From positions 62,001-126,000 of the forward strand of contig NW_026935527.1 in NCBI RefSeq assembly GCF_032062105.1: DNA of 64,000 nucleotides, written 5' to 3'. Shown here piece after piece: positions 22,823 to 37,860 of this stretch. A model generated the notes under the pieces. It saw nothing but the letters and a program-made list of their open reading frames with translations. It was not told the DNA's origin and made no database searches. A program made the position numbers and the translations under genes. Numbering within the stretch: the stretch's first letter is position 1; each line of letters starts with the position of its first letter. The DNA comes from Saccostrea cucullata (lineage: Eukaryota).

Positions 22823-25800
22823 TTACTCCCATGGCCACTTATTTTGATGATCACAGACAAATGTTATAGGGATATTACCAACCCCGAACAGTGGGCCTTT
22901 ATCTATGTGGACGCTAAATGCTGCGGCAACGGCGCTGGCGTACGTGGAGCTGAACATAAATGGAAACTCCGTGGTTACCTCGAAGGTTCCTGAGCACGGC
23001 TCGTAGTCCTTTCCATTAGTACCCGGGACAGGACAAGCAACGTGGCAAGATCGCCCACAAGTGTCGAAGGCTGTCAAAATAACTTTTGTTGGTTTTTCCT
23101 CAGTTGGTTTTTTAATGGCGATGTAACTGACGGATGAGTAAATGGGTTGTCTCTCATCAATGATAGCGTAATCCTTGTATCTCCCAGCATAGTTTAAACC
23201 GTCTGACTGAACATAAACCTTGGCAGCACCTGAGCCAGAGGAACTACATGTTTTCTTGTATTCAACTTGATTATGGATCCCGATTTCATCGGCAATTTGT
23301 CGGAAGTTTTCTATATCATACATATCCTTGGTACCGTTTTGCCCAGGAAAAGTGGCATGGAAGTTGAATCCCTTTGGTCGTTCAAAAAGAACTTTGATAT
23401 TTAACCATGCCCAGTTGGTCATATCCACTCGTCCATCTATGATAAATGTATTTTGATAAGCCTGGTCCAGCGTGGAGAGGGCTGTTTCACTAGACTGAAG
23501 AACGTTCAATGTTTTATTATCGACATTTTCATCGGTCAATGATTGTGGACGAGTTGTAGGCTCCGATGGACTCGAAGCTGTTGGAGGAAGTTTTGGGCCA
23601 TAAACTGTGCCTTGTTGTTGATCAACACTTCGCTTCTTCCTGGACATCCAAAAGAAGTTCGATCTTGTCCTTGGTGCGATGGATCTGGAAACACACACTT
23701 GATTCCTGCAAATCAGATAAGGACTTCCATCGCAATTGGGACATCTAGGCATCGGTCTATAGGTGACCATTCTATCGTAGGTGTCTGACAAAGCTTCTAA
23801 GTTTGAAATTGGGCGGAGGAAAGGTCTGAAATCTGCTCTTTGGAAGAATTCGTGACCATTTGGCACATCATGACCCATGGGGTAATCCCTCTGTGGATCT
23901 ACCCCCCTTGTTCTTTGAAGACCTTTAAAGGCTATCCATATAAGAGTAAAAAATGAATGGATGAAGTAGAAGAGAGGATCAAACCAAGCAGTATTGAGGC
24001 GAGCCATATGTCCATCTACCCAGTTGTGTACACCATTGTGATGAACCTCGACAGAAAAGACAGATAGTCCTCTGCTTGGCTCTGAAATTTCAGCTAGTCT
24101 CCTTCTGCTCAACATTGCACGGATTCCCTGTTTTCTGGCCAAAGATTCACCAGCTAAAATGAAACGATTAAATTCAAAATATGCAGAACTGTAATGAAAC
24201 CCAACATACTGAGGTATTAATGGAGAAATACTAGCAAATAAACGTTCACCGAACAAAAAAATTAGGAATCAGCACAATATTTATTCTTCAAAATGTCAAC
24301 ACATTTAGACGTTTCTTCTATTAAAGGTAAACTGATAACTTCCAGTACGTACCTGATCCGATATTTCGGATGATGGGCGTCCCGATAATTGTTCTCCATT
24401 GACCAAATGGACCGTCTCTGACGGCACCATTGCCGCTCCCAAAGAACAGAGGAGACCAAATGATTGAGTTTGTGGGATCGTTCATATCGGCATCCATTGT
24501 CATATCCCAGTAAGCCAAAGGGGTACGACAGGCTGTTTCCATACTGAAAAAAAAGTCCTAATTATTCCTTAAAAATGTACTTTATGGGGAGAGAAGTACT
24601 CAGTATTAGGATTCTTTTTAGGATTAGAAAAGAAAGTATATTTACATTAACATCATAAGAGCATGTCTTGGAAAGAAACCAGGACCACCGTGCATGTTTT
24701 CAGCTGCTCTTCCAGTGTGCAAAGAACCAATCAAATCGTAGGTACTCATACTTGAATCAATGGACTGAAAACAGAAAAAATAATTAATAGAGAGAAAGAA
24801 AGGGGATTTTTTTGCTGCTGAATTACTCATATGTGATAGGTGATGTTCTACACAAGTTCCGTGTCAATGTCGTTTTTATGAATGATTAATAAATTGTCAA
24901 AATGGGTTCTCCACAAGAAATGATTTGCAGTTATCAAAGGTCGTCTGACGAACGACTACGTATATCTGTCAACACCTGTGGTAGGGTGAAGTTGAAATTG
25001 AGAATGACAGCTAAATGATTTTTTAAGACAAACATTAAGTTTCTCATTTGACAATAATTCAGGCGTTAATGATTTTTATGCGATCAGCTATAAATACGAT
25101 GTATTCTAGGCACTTTCTGTCAAAGTGATCTTGACAATTAAAACTTGATTAAAGAATGACAATTAAAAACAAATTTAAGCTTCAAAAACATGATGTTACC
25201 TGGAAATTAAGAAATTGAAATGCGACCCATGTTTCTTTTCATGAACATATTCTAATGTGGGTAATTTGTGAAGTATAGCTGACACAAATGCAATTTTTTG
25301 CTGAATGCAGACGGACTTTTAAAAATTTAATTAAAGGTGCAATACATTTATAATGATGGAAAAATAGTCGTTAAAAATCTTTCAATATCAAAACAAAGTA
25401 AAAAAGGAAGTTAATGGTTATCTAGAAAATACATTTAGAACCAATTCTCATCCTGCTCTTGTTTACTAATTACTAAGTTTTGAACCCTACTCGCTTTGAA
25501 CAATGGTTGGAAGGGTTAAAACATTAAACTAGTTTATCTTCATTTGACTGAAATAAAATAAACTGCTTTTTAAATAAATCACTTTTCACCTCTCATTGTC
25601 CAGCTTCAAAGTCTGGTTCAACGTGTTCTTTTTTAAAAACATACAAGGTATTCTAAATTATCTTATTCAGCCAGGTCTTATTGGATCAGTATGTGTCTCT
25701 TTACATTTTGAATGTAAGAATATTTCCTTTTTTAAAAAAACTTACATAATCATTCTTTAATCTGGTAAAACAGCTGGTGAGTCTCAGTAACTGCGCTCTT

Positions 25801-26174
25801 GATAATGTCCTGACTTCCTGCCGAATTCTCCATGTTTGGATAACCTGTCTTTTGCTCCTCGGTTTCTCATGGTTCTTTTTAATCTCGTGAATTTCTCCAT
25901 CGAGTTGTCTGAAAAGGGATTCCAGGTACCTAACGCCATCTTTTGTGATGTTATGTGTGAACCTAGGTTCATCCATATTTAAGGCTAGTTTGGTAAAGCA
26001 GTAGTTTTGGATGAACTGGCCTGGTGTATCTGACATACTGACATTAATGGACTTGTACATGAAACACTCTTGTAATGCCTTGGGTGTTGGGATCGGTGTC
26101 ATCAACCCTGGAACGGTTGGCAGGGCAACGAGTGCCAAAACCATACAAAGCATGGCCGCTCTTCCTCGATTCAT
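22823..26174 (-). CDS. tyr: Secreted tyrosinase-like protein (type-3 copper), 689 aa; coding exons 26174-25746, 24764-24646, 24543-24353, 24153-22823
   Basis: Signal peptide MNRGRAAMLCMVLALVALP; RSKR furin site; RQEVRTLS; CuA LHTG...MHGGPGFFPRH; AYWD; FFGSGNGAVRDGPF; CuB HHNGVHNWVDGHM...AWFDPLFYFIH; RKKR then the Cys-containing C-terminal domain typical of bivalve tyrosinases, ending WPWE. All GT-AG with phases 0,2,1. Confidence 0.95.
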
Positions 26175-26909
26175 CTGTGGTTGGGAAGGGAAAAGAAAAT
26201 GTTTTATTACGTACATTAATTATATTATCTAATATTACTAAAATGCATCCTTATTCTATATTTGAGAATGATTACTTTATACTAAACAGAACCACGAATG
26301 AAAAAGTACAGATCATTGCAAAATACATTTATTCTATTGGGAAAGGGAAATTCTTTTTGATTAAAGAAACCCAAATAGCTAAAGTTGTTAATATCCTGTT
26401 ACGTCCGTCAAGGAAAAACCACATAGCAGATTTTGTGTCTAACTCGTTTTAAAAATGATTACATAAGCTAAAAAAGATTTGTGTAAAATATAAATGTTGC
26501 TTTCTATATAACTAACGTGCGTTTTAGCTTTACGTTTAATGTTTTTTTTTAATCAAATTAACTTCACTTATTTATCTTTTAATTAATAAATAAGAATTGT
26601 TTGGATAAAACATTATTTTTATTGAATTATTCTTGGCCTCAACAGCAGACAAGGCTAACATTTGGAAAATGATGAAAAATAAACTAAAAAAAAAATAGGC
26701 AAAAAGATCAATTCCAGCCAGACTTGTCTGAGACAATATCTTTATATCCTGTATATTTCCTCATGAAAGGGTCCATTCATTTTAAGCAAGAAAAAAGACA
26801 CTAAATGAAATCCAAAATTCAATCTTAAAGTATTCTATTCAAGATTAGCATCCATGTGTCTCATCTCCAGCGAAAAGATGAAAATTTAAGGTAAGAACCT
26901 AGAGCCTAC

Positions 26910-26980
26910 CTTCCCCACCGCTCCTAATTTCCAGGTAAAAGTCACGGTCCCTTTCAACTGTTACCTGTAAATATATATAG
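26910..26980 (-). promoter_or_regulatory. Candidate tyrosinase TATA box and short non-coding exon 1
   Basis: CTATATATATTT on the minus strand at ~26969-26980 and a donor AAG|GTAGGC at 26910; the ATG exon starts immediately after an acceptor, so an upstream exon is implied. Confidence 0.55.
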
Positions 26981-29900
26981 CATGCCAAGTGAACATCATG
27001 AAATCTGATTGGACTTTGAGATTTCTTAAAAATTTGAATACGAGACTTTAAGAAACAATTATGAAGCTGTCAAAAAATTAGAAGTTTAATAAAATTATTA
27101 ATAATAAAGGGCGTTTCTTTGTCCTTGCTTGTCGATTGTTAGGTACATCTTCCAGGTTAAACACTGACATGCTGTTCTTTCGCCATGATTTGATGGCATA
27201 TTTTTTTCAGCTTGTATGTTGCAATGAATGGTGTAATTGGAATTTATATCATTTTTTAAAATCAGATGTTCTTTAATACTTGAAAAAATTACAATAAGAT
27301 GACATTTGAAATAATCAGTCGCACATTTTTTTTTTATTATCATTTTTTGTATATAAACGTATAGGCTGTGGTAAAACAATTATAAAAAAAATACACAAAT
27401 GAGATTATTAAAAAAAAAAAACAACAGAAATGAATAGGTTTCAGTAAAAAAAAAAATCTTCATTTAGAGGAGTGAAATGTTTTAAAGTAATCGTATATTG
27501 TATGGATTCTTTTGGTACAAATATTATTGTGTTTACTTCTTTTTAACTGTACTCGTTAAGTAAAGACTTGTGCGTAAATTTTGATCTGAACAAAATTCAG
27601 CAGAATTAATACAATTAAAGAAAATGGTACAAATACTTTTCTTTTATTTAGAAGAATTATGAGAAATCTACAGAATGAATAGTACTTTGATATTTTTCTG
27701 CATTCTACATTAATTCAGTCAATGAATAAGTTATGATCGATCGTTCTCAAAATCAATAAAAGTTTTTCAAAAATGATCCAAATGTATTTTGGTTTGATTA
27801 GCCCTTTATACTTTTCAAAAGGTTACTTTTAAAAACTGTACTGTAAAATACTGAAAATTATCATTTTGTGTCGTGCTATTTTCAGATCAATAAAGCAAAT
27901 GATTTCCTAATTGAAATATTTTCCTATATAAATGAATATAGTTTTGTTATAAATGCCAAGAATAGTATGTGAAGATTTTACATGTATAAGCAAGAGTCCT
28001 AAAATTCAACCAAATATCAGAAGCAGAATGCAAGAGGTTGAAGCGTTTGGATTTGAGTTGACATAACTTTGGATCTTTTTTAATTTTACCATAAAAATCC
28101 TTAGTTTGAATTTCAAGAAAAATAGTTAAAACATACGGAATTGTCAGAGATCTTAAATAAAAAAAAAGGACCAATTGTTGTATCAAATCAGGCCAAATCT
28201 CACAAATTCCTTGTAAATATATGTTAATTATATATTAACAACATTTATATGAAAAAGAAATTGAACTTTGATATTTTCAAATGTTTGGGAATCAAATCTT
28301 GTTGGATAAAGGTTATCTCACTGTCAATTCCCGAATTGATCATAATTATAGAAAGACAGGCGGACAGGTTGATTAAATCCTTATCCAACCAGACTATAGT
28401 AAGAGCATTTTTATTTGAAGCAATTTATTCCAAAACAACGTGTACTTGTAATTTTTATAATTACTTAAAATAATATCCAGAATGCTTCTAGATCATGGCT
28501 TTCAAAAAAAGGGAAAAAAAGACTTATTAAAAAGGATAAAGAAAATATTTGGATAGAAATCAAATTTGTTTTTCTAATAAGGTTATGGCATAAATCATTT
28601 TGGCCTAATTTTTCAAGAACATTATATCAAACGAGATGTTGAATTTTGTTATTCTAATATTACCCTCAACAAAGAACCTTTCTGCAGTTCAAATGCTTCA
28701 TATACAATTTAAGTGAAATAAAAATGTCTTTTTCTTGTATGGAGACATTCTTATGGATTAAATGATAAAAATTAACAGAGTAGTAGGTAACATATGGATT
28801 TACTCAGAATACATCAAATCAAAAGAGAATGCTTTTGCACACCAGGGCAAAATTTCCCAGGAGTAAAAATAATCATGAATGAATTTTCATTTAAACAAGG
28901 TAATTATGATAATAAAAAATTATAATATTTCCCATTTCAAATTCTTCTGAGAGGTTTTTTTTAAAAAATACACATGTTTTTCTTTATTCTTGTCAGTTGA
29001 CTAGAAAACAACATATACTCGCAGTACTCAGTACTTGTATATAGTTTGAGATTAGCAGTTGCATAAATTTACTCAAATCTATCAAATTCGTAAATAAAAG
29101 TTATATATCAAATACTGAAATTATTTCATAAATGTTTATCTAACCAGATGGTAGATGTTGACATTTGAAATGAAAAATATTATATTAAAGGTAAGTGAAT
29201 TTTATGTATCATATATCTATATATTATTTGTTTAATTCACAAGCACAATAATCATAACAAATTATTAATTTTTTTAAAAATTTAGGTACATTCAACTGTT
29301 GTTTAATTTTACTGTGTTTAATGAAATATCATGAGTGCTATGTTAAATATGTTTTACAATTGGATATACATTTCATTTCAATATGGCTTTTTGCAAATAA
29401 TTTCATCTATTGTCCTTAAAATGAACAATATTATTAGTTCTCCGTGAATTTATCATATTTATTTTGATATGCTTGGATAATATTCATGCTAATTTACTGA
29501 TAGAATTATTTCAAGTTAGTTTCTCATACTACATAACTGTGAAAAGACATATTTCAAAGAAACAGCCAACATTAAAATAGAAGAAAAACAGGAAAATCAA
29601 AACCAATCTGCAGAGATCATTTTTATTTTCAGGGTTAGCATTACTTTTTATCCATTATACGATATTTTATATCTATTCATTGCATATGATGTCTCTTGTA
29701 ATTGATGGAAAATAGAATAAATTTTGTTTTCTTCTGAAATAACTTATTAACAACCAAATTCTTAAACCTAAGACTCTTTAATTAATTTGATGTTTACGTT
29801 ATTGAAAAGTACATGAAAATAAAAGATATGAGGTAGCATAGGCCCTAAATAGATCGTGAATATACAATTTTTAAGATATATAGCATTGAAAATATGGCAA

Positions 29901-31663
29901 GAAACTATTCCTCTTTCTTTTCATGGACAATGAATGAAAACCTCCTTTCTATGAAAACATTTCTATTTTTTTTAGGCAGCAACAAAACAAAGAATCTAAA
30001 TATGACGAGGGAAGGAAAGTTCGTTGGGTAAGTAAATGTTTTGATTCTTTTATGGATAAAACAAAAGACGTTCCATAAAATAGCTGACAACTCAGCATTA
30101 TCACCTGAATATATTGTTGTACATACTTTAACATTAAAAGCGTGGAAACCAGCATTTTTTCATATGATCGCTACTTTGAACAATGTTTTCTATGCTACTA
30201 CATCTAAGCACCTTACCCAAATACGACTCTAACTGCTCAGTTTTACAGGAAACATATAAAGCTTTCAGAGCACAGGCACTTGTTCCTTTAATAAATTTTC
30301 AACCTATAATATAATGAAAACACATAGTATCTAACCCCAAAATAACATGGCGTATATACATCTCCCAGAATTGAAGTCATTTACACTTTCAGGGAAATTG
30401 CACTGGCACATGTTCTCTCTACGATAAATCTACATAACCGTTTATGTCATGCTTATCTTTATTCTCTTTATTCTCTGTTTACAAGGTCAAAATTCTTCTG
30501 AAAAGACTGTACTTAAAAATTTGACTCAAAATAAAACATGTACTTTTTGCGGACAATGAGCAAAATTACAAATAAAATTTTAATTCTATTTTTTCAATAT
30601 TGCAATGAATAAATAAAATTTGTTTACATTTTATCTTCTAGGGAAAAAAATAACAATCGTTTTCTGATGAAATTTTAGAAACTGATTTTTAATAATCAAT
30701 CAATGTCCAAGAACATATTACGCCAGATTAAAACCATTACATATCACTTCGTGGTGGAGACGAATTTTCCAGCCGGAGTTCGGTCTGTTTACGGAGATAA
30801 CGACAAGCATGGCATATATGCATATGGTTGTGTGGATGAATTATCGTGAAAGAGAATGGTAATGAGTATTTAGCCAGAATTTTTTTCCTAAAAAGTGTAA
30901 GTTAATTTAATTCGGGTGGTGATGGTGGGGTGTTTTGTTTTTAATGTTATTTGGAGTTTGATACCTTGTCCTTTCATACTTTGGGAAACAAGTGCCTGTG
31001 TGATTCAAAGGCCTTGTAAAAAGAGCTCATTACATCCTCCTTTACAACTTTCACATTTTTTTTACTCGAATAAACTCCGTCTTGACGAATGATGGATACT
31101 TTATAAGGCAATTATTTTTAAACACAATGGTGTACAGAATATAAACAAATATATTTAGGCTTGGAAAAGACATGCAAGAAAACATACCGACGAGTGAATA
31201 ATAAGATATTCTGACAATTAAACTTCAACATTTCGGTTTAAAATGACATTATCTACATCCTGTTATATAGAATATATTTTTTTCCTTCATGTAAATGAAT
31301 CTCTTTTAAATTCAAGACCATTTCCAGAACTACGACCCTAAGCTCCAGTCATTTCAGCAATTACATCCAGGCCAATAAAACGCATGATTTAGGCTTTGGT
31401 AGGTGGATTGCGTCTTAGCTTTTTTCTGAGTTTAGCTTCTGTTGAGTTTTCATATTTAATTTGAATGCTGATTTCCGCTCCCGTTGGGTTGATCACTGGC
31501 AAATTCCGGTAACTGAGAATAAACCTCATCTCCAATACCATCACCATTTGCACCATTACAAAATAGGGTTTTTGAGTTTGGGCTGTTCACTTTTTGTGGT
31601 GAGGGATTTAAAATTTATTTTTTTTAGGATGCCATCCCCCCTCACTTTGAAAATAGCTTCTAC

Positions 31664-32075
31664 GGACCTGTCCCTATCAAGCGAGAAGAAAGATGTATAA
31701 ACAATTTCTTAAACGAGGTAAATTATTGACAAACAAGTTGATGAAACAAGAATATCAGCAGTCTCGTTTAAGGTCATCATTTCGTAAGTTCTATGGTCGA
31801 TACAATGACCGTGTCAGCAAATACAATTTATCATTGTGTCAAATGCTGACAGACGTTTTTCATACTAATTTGTTAGTCCATTATTTATACAGTGAATTGA
31901 CGACGGATTTTTCCGTTATTTCCCGATCATGACAAGTGTGACCGGTCAGCAAGGGATGCTCACTCCTCCATGGCACCTGATCCCACCTCTGATTTTTAGA
32001 GGTCCGTGTTTGCTCTGCTCCTATTTTCTATTGTTTAATGGACTTTGATATTGAATACTGTTCGTTATCTCAATA
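31664..32075 (+). mobile_element. Penelope-like retroelement 3' fragment (RT C-terminus plus conserved 3' module)
   Basis: YKQFLKRGKLLTNKLMKQEYQQSRLRSSFRKFYGRYND, followed by gtgaccggtcagcaagggatgctcactcctccatggcacctgatcccacc...actgttcgttatc. Confidence 0.7.
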
Positions 32076-35000
32076 TCCTTGATGTACAAATTAAAATTAC
32101 AATTTGATTATTTTTGCAAACTTTGTATTTAGATTGTTAGAAAAGATCTCAGTTTCCCATGAAGAGCTTGGTATATGTACTTTTGCACAATAAAAATCAT
32201 TTACTTTCATGTATCTGAGTTACTGTTTTATGTGTTTAGTTACAAAATGAAATGTGTGCTAAAACAGTTTACGAAACCATTTCCCTGGACCCTATTTACT
32301 CCGGATTAAAAATTGCTTTCAAAGTATCTTGTTTGCATGACTTATTTTCTGTTCACAATTCGTTCTCTCGGAATAAGTTTTTTTTTTTCCAAAAAAAGTA
32401 AAAAGACAACTGCATATTCTTGATATACTACTGCAGAAAAAAAATATATAATATTTAAAGCAAATTGTTAAGAACACAATACTTACAACATTTGCAAGAA
32501 GTTTCCCGTTGAAGTGAAAAGAAGCAATATACATATAACACATTTTAAGAAAGATACATAATGTATATACCAATGCCTACATGTATTTCCATATTTAAGA
32601 ATAAACATGTGGAATTTTATTTGGGGAATTCGAAAATAAAAAAAAGTCATTCGTCATAAATATAATGGATATATATTTTTTTTTCGAACGGAAACTCCAA
32701 ATTTTATTAAATGCAAATGACAATCACACATTTCATGTTAAGGAATGAATATAAATTAAGAAATGAAAATAGAAACATTATTGAGTGGATCTGAATACAA
32801 TTAGAAAGAAATCAATGCTTATAGCAAATATGTTTATTGGTATTAAATACTACTGCTAGACCACACAATCTAGATATCGGACAACAGGGAAGACAAAAAA
32901 CATGCCTACGTGCATGTATAAACGTATTTCTTACTTCATGTGTAAATTTTCACGCATGGACTGTTTAACAAAATGATTAAAAAGATTCACCTTCATTGTC
33001 ACATTTCACCAACGTTTAACAGTAAAGGTAAAAAGCCTTATAAAAACATTGATTCCGTTCTTTCAATACTGATATTTGTAGTAACTGTTGTAACAATTAT
33101 TAGAGCTACGGCCTTTTATTATCCACAAACATGTTTTGTTCTTCCTTCGGAAAAATATTCTATCAATCGTATATATTTCTTTTTAAAGAATCTACTCCTA
33201 ATAGCTACTATTGATTTCTACAAATGATATTTTTTAAAAGATGTTCCATATGATTTATTTCAATATCTAATGTATTGCTACTTCCTGGATAAAGATTCAT
33301 GATATGTATAAGAATAATTGATTTTTCTGTTTAATAGTTAAATAATTAGGGAAAAAAGTTATTTATCAATATTTTTACTAAGGTTTGTTATCTCCCATTG
33401 AAGCTGAGTGCCTCCTTTCAAACCTCCTTTGGTAATGCCTTGGTTAGTTGGTTAGTTCCACTGAAACGGCGCTTTGGAATTTGAGGGATAAAAACGAACA
33501 GCTATGATTTTTTCAAGAGGAAAATTATATCTAAAGATAGTTATGTAAAATCAGTTAACTTGGTAAACAAATATAAAGGATTTTTGGTCGAAGAAAACAA
33601 ACCTGGTAAACAGAATGCAAACGTTGACCAGTGCAAATGGTTCCAAGATCATTCTCGAGTTGCAAAGGAGGGAACATATGTGTACGTACATTTAAGTGAG
33701 AATACGTGAATTTGAAGTCTTCTTAACAACTGTCAAAAGGAAATATCATAATAATTTCTCATTCGTTGTTGTCACATGAATAATCATGGGTTTTTGTTGT
33801 GTAAATACTAAATAAAAGGTTAGAAACAGTGTTGAGTGCTGTAAAGTTTTTCCATGTACAAAATGCATGTATATAAACAGAAGTGACATTCAGATCAAGG
33901 CATGTCCATTAATCTGTTATTACCTTACATATTAACTCTACAATTTTTTGTAAATATATTTATCTATATTCTAAATGTTTTCGTTATTTTGCTTAGTTGA
34001 TTTCTATTTAAAGAATCACTAATGAGCCAAAAACACCAATCAGATCCCTAGATTTGCATGCATATGAATTATGTAGCATTATCCTCTCCTCTACAAATAC
34101 ACGTTAAAAAACCCAAATGATCATCATGATCGTACATAAGTACATTAATTTCTTTCTACGAAGAACAAGAAAATAATTTATTGATTTATTTTAGTTTTAT
34201 GTGACAATCGTTATATATTTAAAGTCTCTTTATCATACTTATTACTTTTAGTCACATTAAAGACAATAATTAGAAATCAATTTAGCAGAATTCATTTTAA
34301 TTTGCTATAAAGTAATTTTGTAGATTATAAATTGTCGTGCAATCTCTTTAATTCGCCAGAAAGTAGGGTTTCCAGTTTTTTAAGATTTCCATCTTTCAAA
34401 GTTTTAAATGGATTATTAAACTGTCTGTACTACAGAAGTAAGTACATATGTAGAACCGTGACAGATTGAAATGAACAGTCCTGTAAATGCATGTACATGT
34501 ACATGTGTTTTTTTGCAGATTTTTTTTTTAAAACGGGTATGGTGTTTCCATTGAGAGTTTATGCAAAATTAGTCATAATATCAATGAAATACGCGTATGG
34601 ACACAGTATTCAAACTCAAAGATCTATAAAGCAATCCAAAATATTTTGTTTTCATAGCAGTATCAAAATAATAAAAGTATTGTTATTAAATTCTTTCATG
34701 TTTAAAAACTCTTCCATGTATGTTTTAGAAATGATAATGGAATAATGTCTTTGTTATAGATGACTGCTTCAGAAGCTATATAATCGTACTCCAATGTATT
34801 CAGAAAGTAGTATTATTTTATTTCTTTTATTTCAGCGCTTCACTTCACTTACTTCACTATACTTATTTCTTTTGTTGTTGCTTAGATTATACATAATTTA
34901 AAGGAAATCATGTTTGAAAGTCTTAAAATTAAAATTATAAAACTCAAGTTTTTTTTATTAGCACGTTCAGTGCAATGAACAAGAGGCATACGTTTTGCAA

Positions 35001-36449
35001 CATGGATGACAACAATCTTTGGCAAAAGCTTTATCTACTTACAATCAGTAGAAAGTTAAGACAAGGGTATTGTCCATGGGAAACAGAATCATTAAGAGTA
35101 AAATGACTTAATAAACATTATTTATGTATCTTAGGTCATGTTTTGCGAATGTTTGTAATTTGTCACATCTTATAATGATATTATAACTGTAATTAACTTA
35201 TTTCTGACAAATTGTGATTACTATAACCGAAAAAGAAGAAGTAAAAATAGATCAAATATAATATATAAAGAAAATGACTGATCAGAAAAAAGAAGAGTGA
35301 AAATATTTACATAATTATTCCGCCATATAAAACTATAAATGTAATTTAAAAATTTGAATTAATTGAAATCATCTACCAAGCAGAAAAGAAAATCCCCTCT
35401 CTGCATGAGAAAATTGTAAACAAATTGCATTAAAGCTGAGTCTGGGTCATTTAATAGTGTTTCTTTAATGCATTCAAACAGTAAAGCCCTCTGAGAGAAG
35501 TTGTTTCAGTATAAAACACATGTCCTTGCGCCAATTGTCACATGTTTTCGTTTCCTGGAATGCCCTTAACGTTGTAGTGAACCTGGAATTTACAAGAAAA
35601 CGTGATTGACACAGAATAATAATTTTCTTGCTGGTCAATGTATAAAACTTTTCGAAAACAAAAACAAAAATTTAGACTAAAAAACAAGTACATGTACCTA
35701 CGGCGACTTATATACATTACACGAATTTAAATTGATTTTAAAAAATGATGAAAATAAAATTAAAAATTATAAACGTGAGGAAGACCAAACAAGGCACCTT
35801 GTCAAATACTCATGTAACACCTTGATATGATGTGGTTGTTTGTTTTAAATTTTCATTTTTAGATTTTTCACGTTTACACTATTATCAATTTTTACACGTG
35901 ACTGACGCAGCGAAAACCTTTGTGCAATGACTCAAGTGATTTTTTCCTCCACGGTATCAAAAAAGAGAATAAAGTGTGTAAAATGAATGCGTGATGAAGG
36001 AAGCCTGCATACACAATATCTGACATTTACGTCTCTCAATTAAAGTTTACACAATTAATACCAAATTATTTTCAAACCCGGAAGATTGTTCATCTGTTGA
36101 ACATTACATTATGGTTGACATTAACTCAAACATTGTAACATCTAAGTTTCAAAGATACTATTTTGATAAAAAGCTTCTGCAGTAAATCACTAATGTACTA
36201 GAATCCTTCTTAATATAACTCAATAGCAGAAAGAACTCAGATACTATCTTTTTAAATATTGAAATAAAAATAAAATAAAATTACTAGTACTATACATGCT
36301 CCTATTTTGAACTGCTCCTATTTTGTATTGTTTTATGGACATTTGATCTTGAATACTGTTCGTTATGTGTCATTGATGTCAGTAGTATGCAGTGAGCCAA
36401 AGCAATACTGGCGGATTCTACTATCATACCTACAATAAAAAGTGAATGT

Positions 36450-36743
36450 AAAACTAGAGGTATTGTGAGCAATGATCCTCCCATATGATTATAATGGCAA
36501 AGTCCATGTTTTGCTGTGGCCGGGAAACCCAAAATATGTGTCGGATCAAAAAATAAAATAGAAGGTGCATAATGGCAATATGTAATAAAGATTCTGTGAA
36601 GGTTTCATTAAATTTCACTCAGTGGTATAAGAGGAGTTGCGGATAAGAGATGGGTACCCCAAAGCGTAACAGACGGACGGACGTACAGACGGACGGACAT
36701 ACCGATTAAAGTATACCCTCCCACTTTTCAAGCGGGGGGTATA
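36450..36743. mobile_element. Short pearl/CvA-like HINE with (ACGG)n microsatellite
   Basis: aaaactagagg start; gacggacggacgtacagacggacggac; terminal hairpin tataccctccc...gggggtata. Confidence 0.65.
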
Positions 36744-37239
36744 ATGAAATACCGTACAACGTATGAATTAAACTTTAATTATTTTAAGTATGAAGTAATT
36801 TTGATATATTGTTTTTACAAGTGCAAATTGACAATTGTCTTCAAATGTATTTTGTATCTTTATTTATTACAACAGAAAGAAATAATTCACAGGAATGATT
36901 GAGCTATTTTTGCACTAGCAATAAATCTACCTAAGGATTTAACGTTTCTCTGAAATAACTAATGGCGAGAAAAATTATTTATTTGGGTTGCCTTCAATGT
37001 AGAAATAAAAACAAATTTCAGTAGAATAATCATGTTTTTTAAATTTGGTATTGTTAACATTTCTGGAGCCACTAAATGGACTCTTATTAATAAAATGATT
37101 AACAATGAGATGCATTAGGTCTTTAGACAAATGCTTCTGAATTAAAAACAGAAAGGAAATTTTCACATTTTAAGATAACCCGCTCATCATCGAAACTACT
37201 TGTTAAAAATAACTGATTCTACATTCAGTACTCTGATAT

Positions 37240-37860
37240 TGATATAAAAAAGATAGTGGTGTTCCTCGCTGATAAAATTTAAGCAGTATTCAGACGATAT
37301 CTTCCAACAAACTGCAGAAGTCCCGATGGACACTAATATTAATCCTTTATTAACTGAGCTGATTTGTTTTTATGAAGCAGAATTAATTTAAATACTTCTA
37401 CATCAGAAGAATAAAACACTTGCTGTGATTTTCTACTTAACATTCAGGCAATCTAATAGGTTTTATCAATAAACAAAAGTTATACCCATTCATATGTGGA
37501 CACTTTATATATCCGTGAAATAAAAGACACCACAGAGTCTGTTACCTCTGATTCATATTTAGGAGTTCTACTGACTATTCAAGATAAGGAACAGTAAGGG
37601 ACAATTAATAACTAAGTTGTGTGAGAATGAGATGTGAGATTGCTTCTCCATAGTCAACTTTCCTTATTTAAGTAATAACATTCTGTTTCATTTCTAGTTG
37701 GTGTTTATATCGCCCAAGTTATATTCGCTACTCGGAAGCATACTCTAATTTCAATCAAATTTTAAATCGAAATAGGCTTCTCACAGTTAAGTTAATTTAA
37801 CAGTGATTTCGACCATCTTGTTCAAAGTAAGCATGCAATTCGTAAAGTCTATGGTAGTAT
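37240..37860 (+). mobile_element. Degenerate Penelope-like RT fragment
   Basis: Remnants of conserved RT coding: tcttccaacaa...cccgatgg, aaaagacaccacagagtct, ccatagtcaactttcc, ggtgtttatatc, aagtctatggt. Confidence 0.55.

Noticed and set aside
24154-24256. N-terminal 34 aa of the 477-aa tyrosinase ORF
   Set aside because: Intronic read-through; the true acceptor places the exon start at 24153.
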